A DNA stretch of 62,355 nucleotides, filler included, from Choristocarpus tenellus KU-1152 (lineage: Eukaryota > Protista > Phaeophyceae), in assembly GCA_964200185.2 (NCBI GenBank). It is 11 parts of 11 records of this genome, joined end to end, with 100 filler letters (N's around TTAATTAATTAA, not from the genome) between each part and the next. Parts side by side here need not be neighbours in the genome. Positions count along the whole stretch, not along the records: positions 57,961 to 62,355 come from CAXNAD020014750.1; 10 more parts are not named here. One strand, 5' to 3'. The notes under the pieces were generated by a model, which ran no database searches, was not told where the DNA came from, and was given only the letters and a program-made list of their open reading frames with translations. The first letter of the stretch is position 1. Each line of letters begins with the position of its first letter. The translations under genes were made by a program, and so were the position numbers. This document shows, one piece after another, positions 61,401-62,355 of the stretch.

Positions 61401-62355
61401 CTGTCCGTGTACATAAACAGTGTAACATACCAGCTGGTCATGAAATCATCGTACGTCGAACAACTGATACTAGCCCGTCGTTGGATACTGCCGTGGTAGT
61501 GAAGCCAGTCATACACTCCATGCCTGCTGTAGATCAAACCACTGAACCTACACACCCATGGAATCGTATCGTAGCTGCTCGCACTCTCAGTACTTGGTCA
61601 GCAAGTAATAGATCAAATCAATCAGTCTTGGTTCAAATGGCAAATCCAACAACACGGAAAGTATGTATCAGGAAGCATCTTGTGATAGGTCACTTACCCC
61701 AATTCCTGATCAGGTACCAATCACTGTTAGTGCTCTAAATATTGATTCTACTCTATTCAGTAAGGCTAGAGAGGAGTTACATCAAGCCTTCACCAAGTCA
61801 AATGCATTCAAAGATACCACGTTCAATCAGTCACAAGTGTCTCAACTTTTTGACCTCTTTGCTCGTTATAGATTGGTATTTTCGTTGAATGTAGCAGAAC
61901 TAGGCAGATGTACTCTAGCTGAAGCAGAAATTCCTATAGAGTCTGGTATCAAACCTGTTGACAGGAACCCTTACAGAGCAGACCCCCGTAATCAACAAGA
62001 AATTGACTCGTGTGTTAATACTCTGGAAGAGCAAGGCATTATTGAAAAACGTGCGCCAGCCCCTGGGGTAGTCCTGTTACTATTGTGGCCAAATCTGATG
62101 GCTCCCCATGATTCTGTGTAGACTATAGGTCAACTATTAACAAACACCTTGTTCGACAGACTTGGCCTATGCCTGATATGGAGTCTCATATTGATACTGT
62201 TGGGGGTGCCAAATTATCAACGTTTGTGATATTCAGAGCGCATATTGGCAAATTCCTGTTGCTGAGGATGACATTTATAAAACTGCTTTTGTCACGTCCA
62301 GAGGCAAATACGTTTTTAAGAGGATGCCCTTTGGGATATCAAATGCCCCTTGGCA
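58480..62355 (+). mobile_element. Ty3/gypsy LTR retrotransposon, degenerate: putative 5' LTR (ends 58899, start uncertain), gag, protease and start of RT; runs off the window
   Basis: gag TWDDIQKALITAFTP...LKQGENESVDQY; protease IDTASDVPCIS...KILLDNSVMQAFGAILDW; RT PVDRNPYR...SPWGSPV...FCVDYR...SAYWQIPV...KTAFVT..GKYVFKRMPFG. Frameshifts and stops are present. Confidence 0.93.
58901..58914 (+). other. Primer-binding site of the gypsy element
   Basis: ...TTCACA|T|TGGCGGCACCGGTG immediately precedes gag and is complementary to a tRNA 3' end CACCGGTGCCG-CCA. Confidence 0.7.

Overview
Eukaryotic nuclear DNA, most likely from a photosynthetic stramenopile such as a brown alga or close relative (inference from spliceosomal introns, an SqdB-type sulfolipid gene, an mTERF with a bipartite-like ASA-W presequence, and TTAGGG repeats). 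The window is not one locus. It is 11 contigs joined by ten artificial 100-nt linkers (N44-TTAATTAATTAA-N44), so adjacency across linkers is unproven. Recognisable host genes, all partial: the last three exons of DNA polymerase alpha catalytic subunit (with a decayed tRNA-Val antisense in its last intron); an intron-retaining SQD1/sqdB pseudogene with three frameshifts; an acid-lipase-family gene whose GC-AG intron holds a full-length dead mariner; and an mTERF. Three or four phase-consistent exon chains of unknown function are also visible. The rest is mostly decayed TEs: CRE-like RLE LINEs, copia and gypsy LTR elements, two plant-type mariner families, a possible hAT and Helentron-like ends. 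There is also a dense set of about 17 MITE copies or ends in four families that share one terminal repeat (GRGTCAAAGTA) and 3-bp TSDs. I found no CRISPR, rRNA or clearly demonstrable new multi-gene system. The best leads are the shared-TIR MITE guild, the SQD1 pseudogene, a CpG-methylation/CpG-island signature and possible decayed viral (Polinton-like) fragments.
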